Shown here: positions 61,693 through 64,000 of the stretch, in pieces
Numbering within the stretch: the first letter of the stretch is position 1
How the letters are laid out: each line of letters starts with the position of its first letter
Assembly: GCA_051294375.1 (NCBI GenBank)
Contig: CM119265.1
Span: forward strand, 4,285,025-4,349,024
Source of the DNA: Paraspadella gotoi
Lineage: Eukaryota; Animalia; Chaetognatha
Length of the DNA: 64,000 nucleotides
Direction: 5' to 3'
Program-made: the position numbers and the translations under genes
The notes under the pieces: generated by a model
What the model was told of the DNA's origin: nothing
The model's database searches: none
What the model saw: the letters and a program-made list of their open reading frames with translations, nothing else

Positions 61693-64000
61693 CCTCCCTA
61701 TTTTACTTTTCATTTTTCCTTCTTTTCTTTCCTTTTCTTCTCAGGTTTTGGCGTCTTTCACCAATTGGGCTCGAAGATATTTTTCTTCCTTTGCCCGTCT
61801 TTTCTCACCCAATCTTCGCCGCGGTGGGATTCCCTATTTCTCACCTGTCTGGCCGAAACTCGAAATATGAGGATAAAAANNNNNNNNNNNNNNNNNNNNN
61901 NNNNNNNNNNNNNNNNNNNNNNNNNNNNNNNNNNNNNNNNNNNNNNNNNNNNNNNNNNNNNNNNNNNNNNNNNNNNNNNNNNNNNNNNNNNNNNNNNNNN
62001 NNNNNNNNNNNNNNNNNNNNNNNNNNNNNNNNNNNNNNNNNNNNNNNNNNNNNNNNNNNNNNNNNNNNNNNNNNNNNNNNNNNNNNNNNNNNNNNNNNNN
62101 NNNNNNNNNNNNNNNNNNNNNNNNNNNNNNNNNNNNNNNNNNNNNNNNNNNNNNNNNNNNNNNNNNNNNNNNNNNNNNNNNNNNNNNNNNNNNNNNNNNN
62201 NNNNNNNNNNNNNNNNNNNNNNNNNNNNNNNNNNNNNNNNNNNNNNNNNNNNNNNNNNNNNNNNNNNNNNNNNNNNNNNNNNNNNNNNNNNNNNNNNNNN
62301 NNNNNNNNNNNNNNNNNNNNNNNNNNNNNNNNNNNNNNNNNNNNNNNNNNNNNNNNNNNNNNNNNNNNNNNNNNNNNNNNNNNNNNNNNNNNNNNNNNNN
62401 NNNNNNNNNNNNNNNNNNNNNNNNNNNNNNNNNNNNNNNNNNNNNNNNTCACCTGTCTGGCCGAAACTCGAAATATGAGGATAAAAAGAAGTTGGGGTTC
62501 GAGATGTAGAGGGGATAATTGTATAGGAGAATGGTAAATAGTGTGGGGTGCCCTTATTCGAATTAAGAGGGGTTGATCGTCAGGGGCAATTGAAAGGTTT
62601 CTGCAAAATGAAACTTAGAGACGTGGAAAGAGAGAGAGAGAGAGAACTTTTCTCCCCATTTATATTCAAAAGCGTTTCCCATAAATGTAAACGAATTCTT
62701 TTCGTATAACAAAGAAATATTTTTTTTCTTCGTCGAATAATTCGATCGTTAAGTAATAACTTTCGCAGCCGCCTGTCCCCCATCAACCAAGGCCTACGTC
62801 AACCGCCAGCCACCAAACTCCCGTCATCCGCCACCCGATGCCCGCAGCCAGACCGCGAGCTGCCCGATAGCCCGTCGCCCGCCCTTGGCGGTGTCTCTTT
62901 TATTCTAAACATCATTGTCCGCGAGCGACGGGCGACAGAAAAAGGCGGCATGATAAAAATGGCGTTGGACAAACGTTCGACGATCGAATTGGTGATTTAT
63001 AGCGGAATAAAAGATGGAACCGAAGAAGAAAAATTTGATAGATGAGGGATGGCATCGGACTTTTGCCCTCTGGCGAGACGGAATCGAAGCAAAGCCCGAC
63101 CTTCAGCGACCCCTTTCCACCGCGGTGGGTTACGAATAAGGATCCGCCGATCGGCTTTCATGGAGGATAACGAACGTGAAGGACGTTCTTTTCATTTCCG
63201 CTGCGAATCGGCTGAAAAGGGAAAAAATCAAAGCGGAGGAATGAAGCGCGAAAGATATTGAGGATGACAGGCGGTTGTCATTCAGCCCCTGTCATTGCCA
63301 ATGAATGTCATTCGGGCCCAATTCGTTCGCTTGCGTTGTTCTGTCGCGTAGACTTGGATTCTTTACCGTCATGACGTCAAGATGATGCCATTTCTTTACA
63401 ACAGTGAAGTATTATGCCATTTCTAATGCCACTGACCAGCTATTATCTTTTGCCATGAGACATCTATGCTATCTATGCTACCACCCAACTTTGCCATCTC
63501 ACCGGCTTTTCTTCCTTTCTCCCGTCTCTCCCTTCCATTTGCATTATTCTCTCCCGCCTCGAGTCTCACGGGCGAATGGAAATCGCCTCTCGATGGAATC
63601 GTAATTCATCGATGGAACCTTTTTTTTTAAATTTTAACGACGCCGGCGTCCTCGTTAAATTCACGCCGCGTAAACTGGTCGAGGGTCGTTAATATTAAAA
63701 AAAAGGAAGATGGCGCCCTGAGATGGAAGTGGAGGCCGGAAGCAGATGGGAGACTGGATCGAGGAGAGGGGGGAGGTTTTTCGATGGGAGGTGGAATGGA
63801 AGGGGGTAATTAGGGGTCGGGAGGGGAGGGAGAATTAAGCGAGACGGAGTGAGTGGGTACTTTGGTTAATTTGCTTCGGCTGGAAGGACAGAAGGGACTG
63901 AGGGTTAATCGTGAGAAGAGAAGATTACAAATGAAGTCGCCGAGATGAGGGTTAATTTTTAAAAGGATGGATTCCGTGATGGGTTAAAGATGAATTGGAT

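Noticed and set aside
55449-62537. ORFs consisting mostly of X
   Set aside because: They merely span N gaps.
48880-63717. Isolated AAGATGGCG (YY1-like) motifs at about 48881, 58290 and 63707
   Set aside because: Single motifs in GC-rich patches, with no supporting gene structure.

Overview
This is a low-quality, AT-rich draft assembly of an animal genome, most likely a non-arthropod protostome judging from the innexin type (inference). It has 12 N-gaps; five are exactly 25 N, and two of those are flanked by indel-ridden duplicate sequence, which suggests long-read gap filling. None of the long ORFs in the supplied track looks real. Reading exon by exon on the + strand recovers a divergent, roughly 10-exon innexin (gap-junction) gene at 3055-14231. 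As assembled it is broken by an internally deleted Tc1 transposon inserted into a TM2 codon, plus frameshifts and two in-frame TAA codons. Its introns and flanks contain a DINE-1/Helentron-like non-autonomous family with internal tandem repeats, a hAT-like MITE with an 8-bp TSD, a foldback element and a GC-rich structured island. Elsewhere there is a 31-bp-phased CCAAT array (18866-19012) and a complete minimal type I hammerhead ribozyme of the Penelope class (56590-56632, - strand). About 19 kb (20340-39680) is aperiodic, nearly purine-only sequence, and much of 42-55 kb consists of noisy re-copies of other parts of the window; both are probably assembly artefacts.
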